From: Raphidiopsis brookii D9
GTDB taxonomy: Bacteria > Cyanobacteriota > Cyanobacteriia > Cyanobacteriales > Nostocaceae
Assembly: GCA_000175855.1 (NCBI GenBank)
Contig: ACYB01000008.1
Span: forward strand, 1-26,065
DNA length: 26,065 nucleotides
Reading direction: 5' to 3'
Part shown: one piece after another, positions 1 to 8,494 of the stretch
Position numbering within the stretch: the first letter of the stretch is position 1
How the letters are laid out: each line of letters opens with the position of its first letter
Translations under genes and position numbers: made by a program
The notes under the pieces: generated by a model
What the model was told of the DNA's origin: nothing
The model's database searches: none
The model's input: the letters and a program-made list of their open reading frames with translations, nothing else

Positions 1-7
1 GTTACGC

Positions 8-1528
8 TTACTGCGACTGAAAAATTAACCCCACTTCATGACTGTTTTTCCCTGGTTCTCCTCTATATTTTTGTGCATAGTTACATTCCCGTATCTGTTT
101 GAGAGCTAGGTTCTCTTTCACATTCTCTCCATCTACTACTTTGATTTCCATCACGTAAATATGATCACCTAAGATGGCAGTTATGTCCACTTGACCATAA
201 TTGGTGATATCTTCGGGGATGATGCGCGCATTTAAGGAACTCAAGAAAGCATATAGTACAGAAGCGTAGTAGCCCTCGAAATTAGTCAGGTCGTTGTTGG
301 TGAAGTTGCGCCATGGTATGGAAGCAAATAGTCGTCTGACCGTGTCCAAAAACCCATTCACATTACCTTGAAACAAGTATTCATATAAAGGTCTCTGAAT
401 ACCCAATTTCTCTTCTACAAAGTCGGTGTAGGCATTGACTAATTGGTCTCCCAGGGCGACTTTCACTTCCTGATTGGGGATTTTCAGTCGGAACATGTAA
501 CGTTCCATAGCAATAAAGGTGCTCTCAATAGTCAAATACCCCGATTGGAATAATAGGGTGACTGGGTTAATTCGTTCTATTTCAAAGGACTTTAAAATCT
601 CCTCGGTTACTTCCAGATGCTCCAGGTTGGGGAGGAAGTAGCGGTTGGTCTGAAACAGCTTAATTAAAAAGGTGGGGTTCCCTGTCTCAAACCAGTAGTT
701 CCCATACTCCATTCCCTCCCGGATAAACAGTAGGATATCATAGGGGTTATATACGGAATCACCACGCCACGAGTATCCATTATACCAGAGGCGCAGTTTG
801 TCCCAGTCTACTCCTTGTAAGTGCTGGGCAAAGGTTTGCTCCAAATCTTCCTGGGTGTACCCACAAATGGTGGAAAAGTCCCTACTGATGGTAATGTCGG
901 TGAGTTGATTTAACCCACTAAAAAGACTGACTTTGGAGAATTTGGTGACCCCAGTCATGAAGATGAACTGAATGTTGGCATCCTGTTGCTTGAGAACGGA
1001 GTATAGATTCTTGAGTCCTTCTCTCATTTCACCAGCAATAGATGGATTGTCGATGTTGTCCAGGATGGGTTTATCGTATTCATCTACCAGTACCACAGCA
1101 CGTTCTCCATATTTTGCCATGGCTTTACGAATCAGAGTTCCTAATTTTCCTGGTATATCTGTTGACTCGTAGGATACACCCAGATGCTCTGCATTTTCCT
1201 GCAGAATATCCAGTATACGCAGATCTAACTCTTGTCGGTTTTTTAATACCCCGCCAGCAAAGTCTATTTTAATGACTGGGAATTTTCTGCTCCAGTCCCA
1301 CTGGTCATAGATATAAAGCCCCTCAAACAATTTCTGATTCCCCTCGAAAATCTCCTTCAGGGTATCTACAAACAGACTTTTGCCAAAACGCCGAGGACGA
1401 GATAAAAAGAAGCGTCCAGGAATACGTATCAGACGGTGAGCTATTTCCGTTTTGTCCACATAGACGCAATTGTTTTCCCGCAGCACACTCAGAGTGTTAA
1501 TTCCCAATGGGAGATTTTTGGGGTTCAT
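8..1528 (-). CDS. Orphan ATPase-nuclease: AAA-ATPase-like N-terminal domain plus C-terminal PD-(D/E)XK (PDDEXK_9-like) domain
   Basis: 506-aa ORF with stop at 8-10. The N-terminus has LSRPRRFGKS (P-loop-like) and AVVLVDEYD (Walker-B-like). The C-terminus has GQVDITAILGDHIYVMEIKV (D...ExK core) followed by ALKQIRECNYAQKY. The architecture is recalled from memory, not searched. Confidence 0.8.
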   Translation of the reverse strand: MNPKNLPLGINTLSVLRENNCVYVDKTEIAHRLIRIPGRFFLSRPRRFGKSLFVDTLKEIFEGNQKLFEGLYIYDQWDWSRKFPVIKIDFAGGVLKNRQELDLRILDILQENAEHLGVSYESTDIPGKLGTLIRKAMAKYGERAVVLVDEYDKPILDNIDNPSIAGEMREGLKNLYSVLKQQDANIQFIFMTGVTKFSKVSLFSGLNQLTDITISRDFSTICGYTQEDLEQTFAQHLQGVDWDKLRLWYNGYSWRGDSVYNPYDILLFIREGMEYGNYWFETGNPTFLIKLFQTNRYFLPNLEHLEVTEEILKSFEIERINPVTLLFQSGYLTIESTFIAMERYMFRLKIPNQEVKVALGDQLVNAYTDFVEEKLGIQRPLYEYLFQGNVNGFLDTVRRLFASIPWRNFTNNDLTNFEGYYASVLYAFLSSLNARIIPEDITNYGQVDITAILGDHIYVMEIKVVDGENVKENLALKQIRECNYAQKYRGEPGKNSHEVGLIFQSQ

Positions 1529-1731
1529 ACTAATTAATATCTGCTTATTAGTTCATCCTATTTTATCTTAATTTATTTCCAACTCGCTTGAATGAGATTA
1601 CTTTTGCTGCAGCTGAACCTGCATTATTTGTCAGGTGGATTGCGGGTTTTAACTATTTTTGTTAAGATACTGGGTGAAACTAGCAAATAAATAGCAGATA
1701 AATATTCAAACTCTTAACACCAGTAGGATTA

Positions 1732-2569
1732 ATGATGAATACAAACGAGTTAAAATTTATGCTCAAGTTATTGGGGTATCAAACTTATCGCGGTAACTGG
1801 AGTTTGTTTAAAGATAAAGAAAAGACAAAAGTTTGCCAAGAGTTGGAGAGAAGAGAATACGTAGATTACTCGCGGGAAATCGTTTCAGCACAAATATTGC
1901 CTGCCGGTAAAGCTTTATTACAAATTGAAACATCTCAATTACCCATAACAGCAGAAGAACTCAAAGTGCTGGAAAAAATAGCTAAAGCTGGTAAAAAAAT
2001 TGCCCCCAGTGCAATAAAAATTACAAAATTAAAAGTCCGATCAAAAAGAGGTAATCCTAAAAACCCTAGGTGAAAGGGGTTTGATTAAAACAGAATTGAA
2101 GATTAAAAAAAACCAAGCCGAGGTTTGGTTAACGGATAGGGGATTGGAGTTTTTACGGAGTGAGTATATACCCAGTAAAACTTATAACCCAGCAATAAGT
2201 TTGGAACTTCTCGGTAATTACATACGGTTTTTACGTAAGAATGCAATCCCAGCAGACCCATCAGGAGCTAAACCGGTAGTTGATAAAATCACCGACAGAA
2301 AAATCACTGACGAGGAAATTTTACAAACTATTAAAAATCTAGATAGAGAACTGGGTACGGAAAATTATTTACCCATCTTCCATCTTAGGGAAAAACTACA
2401 ACCACCCCTATTAAGAGATGAAGTGGATCAGGCATTATATAGATTACAAAAAAGTGACAAGATCGACTTTAGTTCCCTGCAAGAGGTCACTGCTTATACT
2501 CCAGAGCAGATTGATGCGGGAATTCCCCAGAATATTGGTGGTCAACTATTTTTCATTATGGTTAATTGA
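1732..2569 (+). CDS. Hypothetical protein made of three winged-helix-like units. It is split into ORFs 1732..2073 and 2081..2569 by a 1-nt frame change in the A-run 2031-2034, and reconstructs to ~278 aa
   Basis: The frame of ORF 2081 is open back to 2033 and reads KSDQKEVILKTLGERGLIKTELK. This continues ...AIKITKL of ORF 1732 if one A is removed. Three repeated units look like wHTH: VCQELERREYVDYS..LPAGKALL; VILKTLGERGLIKT..LTDRGLEFL; ILQTIKNLDREL..ALYRLQKSDKIDF. No family recognised. Confidence 0.55.
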
Positions 2570-2607
2570 CACCTTAAGCACTTTCATTTTATGCTTTTTT
2601 AGTTGGT

Positions 2608-2637
2608 TTACTTTTAGTTACTTTTAGTTACTTTTAA
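2608..2637 (+). repeat. Three tandem copies of the 10-nt unit TTACTTTTAG (last copy ends in A) in the gap between the wHTH gene and the NTPase gene
   Basis: Read directly: ttacttttag ttacttttag ttacttttaa at 2608-2637, ~30 nt upstream of the ATG at 2669. Confidence 0.8.
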
Positions 2638-2668
2638 TCCTGTTTACCCTTTTCATTAAGGTCCCTCT

Positions 2669-4807
2669 ATGACACACATCGATGAGATTATCAAACGCCA
2701 GGTTAACCCCTTTGACTCTATAGAGTTAAAGCCCAGTGATTTTTGGGAAGAAGAGCAAGACTCTGCAGGAATGGTGGAATCAATTCACCAAGAAGCAATA
2801 GACCAAATTACAGAGTTACTTAACCTGGTAGCTCAGGATCATCGTAGTCGGACAGTCTTGTTACAAGGTAATTCCGGATCTGGTAAAAGTTACCTCTTAG
2901 GTCGGCTGAAGCGAAAACTGAATTCCAAGGCATTTTTCGCCTATATTTTCTGTAATTGGAGTAGCTCTGGTTATATCTGGCAACATATTCTGCGTCGTAC
3001 TGTGGATAGTTTACTTCAAGTTCCCGATGGTGAAAAAGAATCCCAGTTAATGTTGTGGTTACAAAGTTTGACTGCATTTACCACTATGGGTAATACGAAA
3101 AAACAACCAATACTTAATCTCAACTTTTGGCAAACCCTAAAAAGCGATCGCCAAAAATTCATCAAACACCTAAAGGACACTTACAAAAAAGTCAGGATTT
3201 ATAATCCCGATGCCTTTTTCGGAGTATTGCATGATCTAACAAATCCTGACTTATATGATATAGCTGCTGAATGGCTAAGGGGAGATGACCTGAGTGAAGA
3301 GTCAATGAAGCTAATTAAAGTTAAGAGTTCTATTGACACAGAAGAAGGTGCCAAGAATATTTTGGCAAACTTTGGCAAAATTTCCAGCCAAACCCAACCA
3401 ATAGTCCTATGTTTTGATAATTTGGATACCATGCCTCAATTACCCGGTGGTTTACTAGATATCCAACCATTTCTGAATGTTAACACCAGCATCCACGGTG
3501 ATAAGCTAAAAAATTTCCTAGTAATTATCAGTGTTATTACCAATACCTGGAACAGGCATAAGGACCGGATTTATCAAGCGGATACAGCGCAAATACATCC
3601 AGTAATTGGACTGAAGAATATTAGTATAGAGCAAGCAGAGGCACTATGGGAGTATCAACTAAAACCATTACACAAACTAGCCCATCCCATACCTAAATCT
3701 CGTCTTTTCCCGCTAGATAGAGGCATTTTAGAAGAATACTGCCCTGGTGGCAAAACCATGCCTAGAAATGTATTAGAGCTGGGTCGGAGCGAATATCAAA
3801 GATATAAGAAGACATTAGTTGAGGGTGGAAATTATCGAGATAAAAGCCAAGAGCAAAAATATACAAATACATCAGTCCAGAATGGAAATGATGGTAATAA
3901 GAAGCAAGATCAAGAATCTAATAGTACATTAGTTGAGAGTGGAAATAATGGTGAAAAACCAGACAACAAAACAGAGAAACACTTTCTTTTATCATGGCAA
4001 AGTGAATATAAAAAAACTCAGACAAAATTCACCAAAATCTCTTTGTTGTCATCATCTGACCTAACCCAGATGCTAGAATATGCCATCTGTGCCTTGAATG
4101 TTCCTGGAATTGAAACCAAATTGATCAGTGGTAAATATGCTACCTATTCCTTTAGTTATATTCATCCTGAAAATAATCAAAGAATTGGTATTGTCTGGAC
4201 AGAAGATCCTAATATGAACAGCTTCTATCATATTATGAATGCTTGTCAAACAGCGATCGGAGGAAAGTCTTGTCAAACCATATACCTAATTCGGAATGGG
4301 GATGTGGGAAAACCTCACACATCTGGCAATCAAATGTACAGACAGATTTTCGTAAATACCAATCATCGTCATGTTAAGCCGAATTTAAAATCGGTTCAGT
4401 ATTTAGCAACCTACCAAAGTTTGGTAAACTCTGCCAAATCGCAAGATCTAGTGGTTAATGGTGAAACAATTGATTTACCGAGATTAGAAGAATTGATTAG
4501 AGAGTTAAAAGTTCTGCACAAATGTGATTTATTACAGGATTTAGGAATTGTTGAGAAAAAGAATGTTGATAGAGAGGTTAATGATGGAGGGAATCGACAC
4601 GAAGTGAAAGAATACATATTTACTTTGCTTGGAACCCAGCAAATGATGTCCGTGAGTGTTTTGATTTCTACTACTAGCAGTCATTTTTCCGACATTCAAA
4701 GAGATGAGATTGAACAGTTAATTAATTCATTGTGTCAAGAAAACAAAGCTAAAATTATTGACCCAACATGCAAACAAGAGGAGCAAATAATTTGTTGGTG
4801 TGCTTAA
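2669..4807 (+). CDS. 712-aa P-loop / AAA+-like NTPase with an unassigned C-terminal domain
   Basis: Walker A GNSGSGKS (2867-2890), Walker-B-like IVLCFDNLD (aa 245-253), sensor-like LVIISVITNTW. An N/Q/K-rich linker contains an internal DNA duplication. The C-terminal ~270 aa have no motif I recognise. Same strand as the wHTH gene, 99 nt downstream of it. Confidence 0.75.
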   Translation: MTHIDEIIKRQVNPFDSIELKPSDFWEEEQDSAGMVESIHQEAIDQITELLNLVAQDHRSRTVLLQGNSGSGKSYLLGRLKRKLNSKAFFAYIFCNWSSSGYIWQHILRRTVDSLLQVPDGEKESQLMLWLQSLTAFTTMGNTKKQPILNLNFWQTLKSDRQKFIKHLKDTYKKVRIYNPDAFFGVLHDLTNPDLYDIAAEWLRGDDLSEESMKLIKVKSSIDTEEGAKNILANFGKISSQTQPIVLCFDNLDTMPQLPGGLLDIQPFLNVNTSIHGDKLKNFLVIISVITNTWNRHKDRIYQADTAQIHPVIGLKNISIEQAEALWEYQLKPLHKLAHPIPKSRLFPLDRGILEEYCPGGKTMPRNVLELGRSEYQRYKKTLVEGGNYRDKSQEQKYTNTSVQNGNDGNKKQDQESNSTLVESGNNGEKPDNKTEKHFLLSWQSEYKKTQTKFTKISLLSSSDLTQMLEYAICALNVPGIETKLISGKYATYSFSYIHPENNQRIGIVWTEDPNMNSFYHIMNACQTAIGGKSCQTIYLIRNGDVGKPHTSGNQMYRQIFVNTNHRHVKPNLKSVQYLATYQSLVNSAKSQDLVVNGETIDLPRLEELIRELKVLHKCDLLQDLGIVEKKNVDREVNDGGNRHEVKEYIFTLLGTQQMMSVSVLISTTSSHFSDIQRDEIEQLINSLCQENKAKIIDPTCKQEEQIICWCA

Positions 4808-4838
4808 TCTTTTAAGCAATTAATTTGCCTTCATTTAA

Positions 4839-5217
4839 CAAAGGATGTACAATAATAGAGGTGAAGCAAAAACTTTGTTGCCTAGGGGTATACAAATGCA
4901 TATTTCAGATGGTGAAAGGTTTATGATTTCCATGGTTAGCGATTTGGCTCGCAGAATGGCCATTGCCAACCCTAAAATTAGAAAATCCATTGAAAGGCAA
5001 GGGGATTATTTTAATTGATGAAATTGACCTGCATTTACACCCCCGCTGGCAAAGAATGATAGTACCAAAATTAGCAGAAATTTTTTCAGCTTGTCAGTTC
5101 ATCTTTTCCACTCATTCCCCTAGTATTATAACACATGTTCACCCGGAAAATATTTTGTTATTGAAATTGGAAAAAGGAGTTATTTCAGTTAGTAACCCAT
5201 CAAATTCCTATCTTTCT
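4839..5217 (+). pseudogene. 3'-terminal third of an ABC/AAA_21-type (OLD/abortive-infection-like) ATPase gene; the N-terminal ~2/3 is missing
   Basis: The frame opening at 4839 reads GIQMHISDGERFMISMVSDLARRMAIANPK, which includes an ABC signature-like SDGE. After a 1-nt shift in the A-run 4974-4977 it continues as LENPLKGKGIILIDEIDLHLHPRWQ (Walker B/D-loop) and FIFSTHSP (H-loop). No Walker A region lies upstream; the 712-aa gene ends at 4807. Confidence 0.6.
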
Positions 5218-5250
5218 GCTATTTATCAAATGATTGATAATAATAATGTA

Positions 5251-5460
5251 GCTTTAGGTAGCACCAAAGAGCAATTTGAGCGGGAGGTTAAATGGGCAAT
5301 GGCAATCAAACTTTTTGAAATGAAGTGGCTTTCATCGGGCATGGCTGCCAGTTTATTAGGGGTAAACAGGACTACCTTTTTAATGAAACTTGCTGATTAC
5401 AATATTCCGCTTATTGACCTAACAGAAGAAGAATTATTATCTGATTTAGCAAATGCCTAA
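5251..5460 (+). CDS. UPF0175-family antitoxin-like module, forming the C-terminal part of the chimeric ORF 4963..5460
   Basis: EREVKWAMAIKLFEMKWLSSGMAASLLGVNRTTFLMKLADYNIPLIDLTEEELLSDL matches my memory of the UPF0175 HTH antitoxin pattern. It is fused in frame to the ATPase remnant, and its own N-terminal ~20 aa are absent. Confidence 0.55.
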   Translation, partial: ALGSTKEQFEREVKWAMAIKLFEMKWLSSGMAASLLGVNRTTFLMKLADYNIPLIDLTEEELLSDLANA

Positions 5461-5542
5461 AACCGAGAAAATTGTCATCAACACATCTCCCTTAATTGCC
5501 CTAGTTGCTGCTTGGGGTGATTTAAGTATTTTATCATGTTAA
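5453..5542 (+). pseudogene. Truncated PIN-like (DUF3368-type) toxin gene, with only 29 codons left
   Basis: The ATG overlaps the antitoxin stop (aaATGcCTAA). It encodes MPKTEKIVINTSPLIALVAAWGDLSILSC*, whose IVINTSPLIAL resembles the N-terminal acidic-pocket strand of PIN toxins paired with UPF0175. The ORF ends ~10 nt before repeat R1. Confidence 0.5.
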
Positions 5543-5551
5543 TCTATCGCA

Positions 5552-5607
5552 TTACGTCTAATCTAACCTTGACGTTAAGGGCAGAGCTGCCTATAATTAT
5601 AGCAGTA
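5552..5607 (+). promoter_or_regulatory. Repeat copy R1, carrying a near-consensus sigma70 promoter: TTGACG at 5569-5574, 17-nt spacer, TATAAT at 5592-5597
   Basis: Boxes and spacing read directly. It points rightward at the exonuclease-Cas4-FtsK gene, ~140 nt upstream of the ATG at 5748. About 80% identical (40 of 50 aligned columns, manual count) to R2 at 8406. Confidence 0.6.
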
Positions 5608-5747
5608 ATAGCAAAAGCTGTTTTAACCACTTTTTCTATCAATAAGTTGCCAGAATAAAGCAAGTTATAGGTGATGATCCTGTCACCGTAATACTCCTCT
5701 CCTTGTTATACTTAAATTATTAAATTCTTTGTTAAGATGTCCCAAAA

Positions 5748-6280
5748 ATGCACTACCTAACAGATGTCACGGAAATCTACCGGCAAATTTCTCAGCTCAC
5801 CAGATTTAGGACCTTGTGGTTAGATACAGAAATAGCTAACTGGAATACTCCATACCCAAGATTATCCCTCATTCAAGTACTGGCTTATCCCAGTGATTTA
5901 ACGGGTGAATTCGCCTATATTTTTGATGTCTTAGATAAACCTGATTTGACCGCCTATTTTATCCAGCATATCATGGTTAATTCTAACATTCAGAAAGTAT
6001 TTCATAATGCAGATTTTGACTTAAAATACTTAGGCAAAAATCAAGCTCAAAATGTTGTTTGCACCTTCAAACTAGCCAAAAAAATTAATCGGAAAGTTCT
6101 CCAAACTACTAACCTAAAACTTAAAAACCTTAGCTGTTGAACTGTGCCAATTTTCCGATGTAGATCCAGAAATGGGGACAAGTGATTGGGGAGAACGTCC
6201 TCTTTCTTCCAGACAACTAAAGTATGCTGCCATGGATGTGATCTATTTAGCAGCTGTTCATCATCGTTTACTGGAAATAT
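5748..6280 (+). CDS. Domain 1 of the composite: RNase D/WRN-like DEDDy 3'-5' exonuclease
   Basis: ExoI LWLDTEIA, ExoII FHNADFDLKYL, ExoIII LKYAAMDVIYL. The ExoIII motif lies after the frame break at 6123-6127. Confidence 0.75.
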
Positions 6281-6408
6281 CTGACCCCAATGCTGTCAGT
6301 ACTATTTTTAGTATTAGTTTTGATAGTAGTTTTAATGGCAATTTTGATAATAGTAACGATAGTAATCTTAATAACTGGGATAACCGGGTAAATCTCGAAA
6401 GAGAAAAT

Positions 6409-7266
6409 TCTCCTTTCAGTCCCACAAAACTGAGATTAGCTTTTGAGTGTCCTCGGCTATTTTATCTCAATTACAAATTTAATTGTAAGTCCATATTTAT
6501 TCCAGCAGATTCCACTCCTGGGATTGGTAATATTTTTCATCAATTGGCAGATAATTTAATTGATGTATTACTTACCGATCCGAGCTTTACAAATTTATTT
6601 ATTCCGCCTTCAGACCAACTAGATGTGGAGAAATTGGCAGCTCAAATTCAGAGATTATTCTATCAAATTAGCTTTTTCCCCTATTTACAAACAACTATCT
6701 CACAGGAAAAAAGTAAAGGAGTCTTATTATATAAAGTTTGGGCTAGATTACAAGAGCTAATTAAAAAGATCACTAAGTTGCTAGTTGATAATCGACGTTA
6801 TTGTACTGCCAAAGCATTAATGGCTAATACTTTTATTAATGAAGATCGCAATTTAGAATATGATTTCAATTTACCAGACGGTACAAAGGAACTAATTAGG
6901 GGTAAATATGACTGCTTAGTGTTTAGTTTTGCCAGCCAAAGGCTTTCAGTCATAGAATTTAAAACTTATCAACCGATGGATATATCGGGACAATTAGCTC
7001 AGACTGCTATTTATAGCTATATGCTATCCCAGCGAAAAAAAATGCCTGTTGATTCTGCTGTTTATTGTTTTTTGCCTGAGTTTCAGGAATATACATATAC
7101 ATGGGAACAGCTAGAAAATACTACTCATCAAATAATTCATCACAAGTTATTACAAATGCGACAGTGGTCGGGTTGGGAATCCCCTCAACCAAATCCACCT
7201 CCAATGACAACCCAGACCCATTTGTGTCAAATTTGTCCTGAACAACAAAGGTGTCAAACTTTTTTT
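6409..7266 (+). CDS. Domain 2 of the composite: Cas4/AddB-like PD-(D/E)XK nuclease with a 4-Cys (Fe-S type) signature
   Basis: N-terminal Cys in LAFECPRLFYL; D in RGKYDCLVF; ExK in VIEFKTY; QxxxY in QTAIYSY; C-terminal CX2CX5C in HLCQICPEQQRCQ. Confidence 0.7.
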
Positions 7267-7353
7267 GCTGCTGAGGTTACCACTCCCCAATCCACTCAAG
7301 CTATTCAATCTATTCAACTCCCTAAAATCAATGAAATCCCAGAACCTAAAATT

Positions 7354-8404
7354 GTTGACGCAAATGCAATAGAAGTGAAACTAGTCAACACCTTGGCATC
7401 TTTTGGTATTGGTGTAGAGTATCAAGGTACTATGGTAGGACCAGCATTTATACGAGTAAAACTGAAACCTCATTTGGGTGTCAAAGTCAATTCTTTTGTT
7501 GAAATTGTCTAAAGATTTACAGGTGCAATTAGAGCTAGAAAACCCACCCTTAATAGCATCCCAAGCTGGCTACGTCAGTGTTGATTTACCTCGTAAAGAC
7601 CGACAAATTGCCAGGTTTGAAGATTATATCCAAAGGAATTTTTACCTCCAACCGCTAAGTTAGAAATTGCCCTTGGTGTGAACATTGATGGTCATTTACT
7701 AGAAGCAGATTTGTCTGATTCTAACACCTGTCATTTTTTGGTGGGTGGAACAACAGGAAGTGGCAAAAGCGAGTTTTTAAGATCCTTGCTGCTCAGTTTA
7801 CTCTATCGACATTCTCCTCAACACCTAAAAATTGTTTTAGTGGATCCTAAAAGAGTGACTTTTCCTGAATTTGAACGAATTCCCTGGTTGTATTCACCAG
7901 TTGTCAAAGATAGCGATCGCGCTGTAGAAATAATGGGTGAATTAGTAGCAGAAATGGACTCTCGATATCAAAAATTTGAGCTAGTTAAATGTCCGAACAT
8001 AACGACTTATAATCAAAATTCAGGTAAAATTTTACCCCGTTTAGTTTGTATATTTGACGAATATGCGGACTTCATGGCAGAAAAAGAAATCCGAAGTGTT
8101 TTAGAGCAGAGTATCAAACGTTTAGGAGCAATGGCCAGAGCAGCGGGAATACATCTAATTATTTCCACCCAGCGTCCAGAAGCTGGTGTTGTCACCCCCA
8201 TCATTCGTTCAAACCTCCCCGGAAGAATTGCCCTGCGCACCTCAAGTGCTGCGGACTCTCAGATTTATTTTAGGTGCCAAGATATCACAAGCAGCAGATT
8301 TATTGGGTAAAGGGGATTTAGTTTATCCAGTTGGTTCCCAATTACAAAGAATCCAAAGCCTATTTGCCGAAAAAATCCATCTTGACATGTTCACAAGTAT
8401 TTAA
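7354..8404 (+). CDS. Domain 3 of the composite: FtsK/SpoIIIE-like DNA translocase motor (alpha+beta), with no TM region and no gamma domain
   Basis: GPAFIRVKLKPHLGVKV (alpha-domain-like), Walker A VGGTTGSGKS, Walker B LVCIFDEYADFM, GIHLIISTQRP, RIALRTSSAADSQ, LLGKGDLVY. The protein ends ~25 aa after GKGD. Confidence 0.75.
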
Positions 8405-8405
8405 C

Positions 8406-8460
8406 TTACGTCTGATCCAACCTTGACATTTAAGGAAAGACGCGCCTATAATGATTGGAA
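8406..8460 (+). promoter_or_regulatory. Repeat copy R2, carrying a consensus sigma70 promoter: TTGACA at 8423-8428, 18-nt spacer, TATAAT at 8447-8452
   Basis: Read directly. It starts 2 nt after the stop of the FtsK-like gene and points into the 3' end of the convergent nitrile hydratase operon. No rightward gene follows. Confidence 0.55.
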
Positions 8461-8494
8461 ATTAGTAACAAAAAATGCCTAAAATCAGTGAAAA

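Larger units (their letters stand above)
5748..8404 (+). pseudogene. Composite gene: DEDDy 3'-5' exonuclease + Cas4-like Fe-S PD-(D/E)XK nuclease + soluble FtsK/HerA-type ATPase. Broken into 5 ORFs by 4 single-nt homopolymer indels. It is either a true pseudogene or an intact ~884-aa CDS fragmented by sequencing errors
   Basis: All junctions lie at A/T runs (6123-6127, 7494-7497, 7639-7643, 8264-8271). One-nt corrections give 2655 nt with sensible junction peptides: LKLKTLAVELCQF, GVKVNSLLKLSKDL, QRNFLPPTAKLEIALGVNIDG, ADSQI(I/Y)LGAKISQAADLLGKGD. Confidence 0.7.

Noticed and set aside
972-1272. ORFs 972..1172 and 1042..1272 (+) inside the 506-aa minus-strand gene. The same applies to similar short antisense ORFs: 2820..3077, 3199..3432, 4073..4276, 4411..4617, 15199..15390, 16263..16472, 16833..17186, 19964..20221, 20674..20895, 22474..22725, 22796..23029, 22914..23234, 23865..24247.
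   Set aside because: All lie wholly within longer ORFs that have clear family motifs on the opposite strand. Their translations are low-complexity or shadow-frame-like with no motifs.
2031-2073. Programmed +1/-1 ribosomal frameshifting at the A/T runs in the wHTH gene and the exonuclease-Cas4-FtsK gene.
   Set aside because: The same kind of homopolymer break occurs in hemL and hemE, where recoding is not known. No slippery heptamer plus downstream structure pattern is evident. Sequencing error or decay is the simpler explanation.
2601-2640. CRISPR array, tRNA or rRNA genes anywhere in the window.
   Set aside because: The only tandem repeat has a 10-nt unit with no spacers. I saw no T-loop-like GTTCGAATC/GTTCAAATC cores or rRNA-like conserved stretches.
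4874-4886. The 13-mer TTTGTTGCCTAGG is shared between 4874-4886 and 21928-21940. The 11-mer TTTGTTAAGAT is shared upstream of the genes at 1732 and 5748.
   Set aside because: In a 26-kb AT-rich window, several exact 11-13-mer coincidences are expected by chance. Flanking sequence shows no further similarity.
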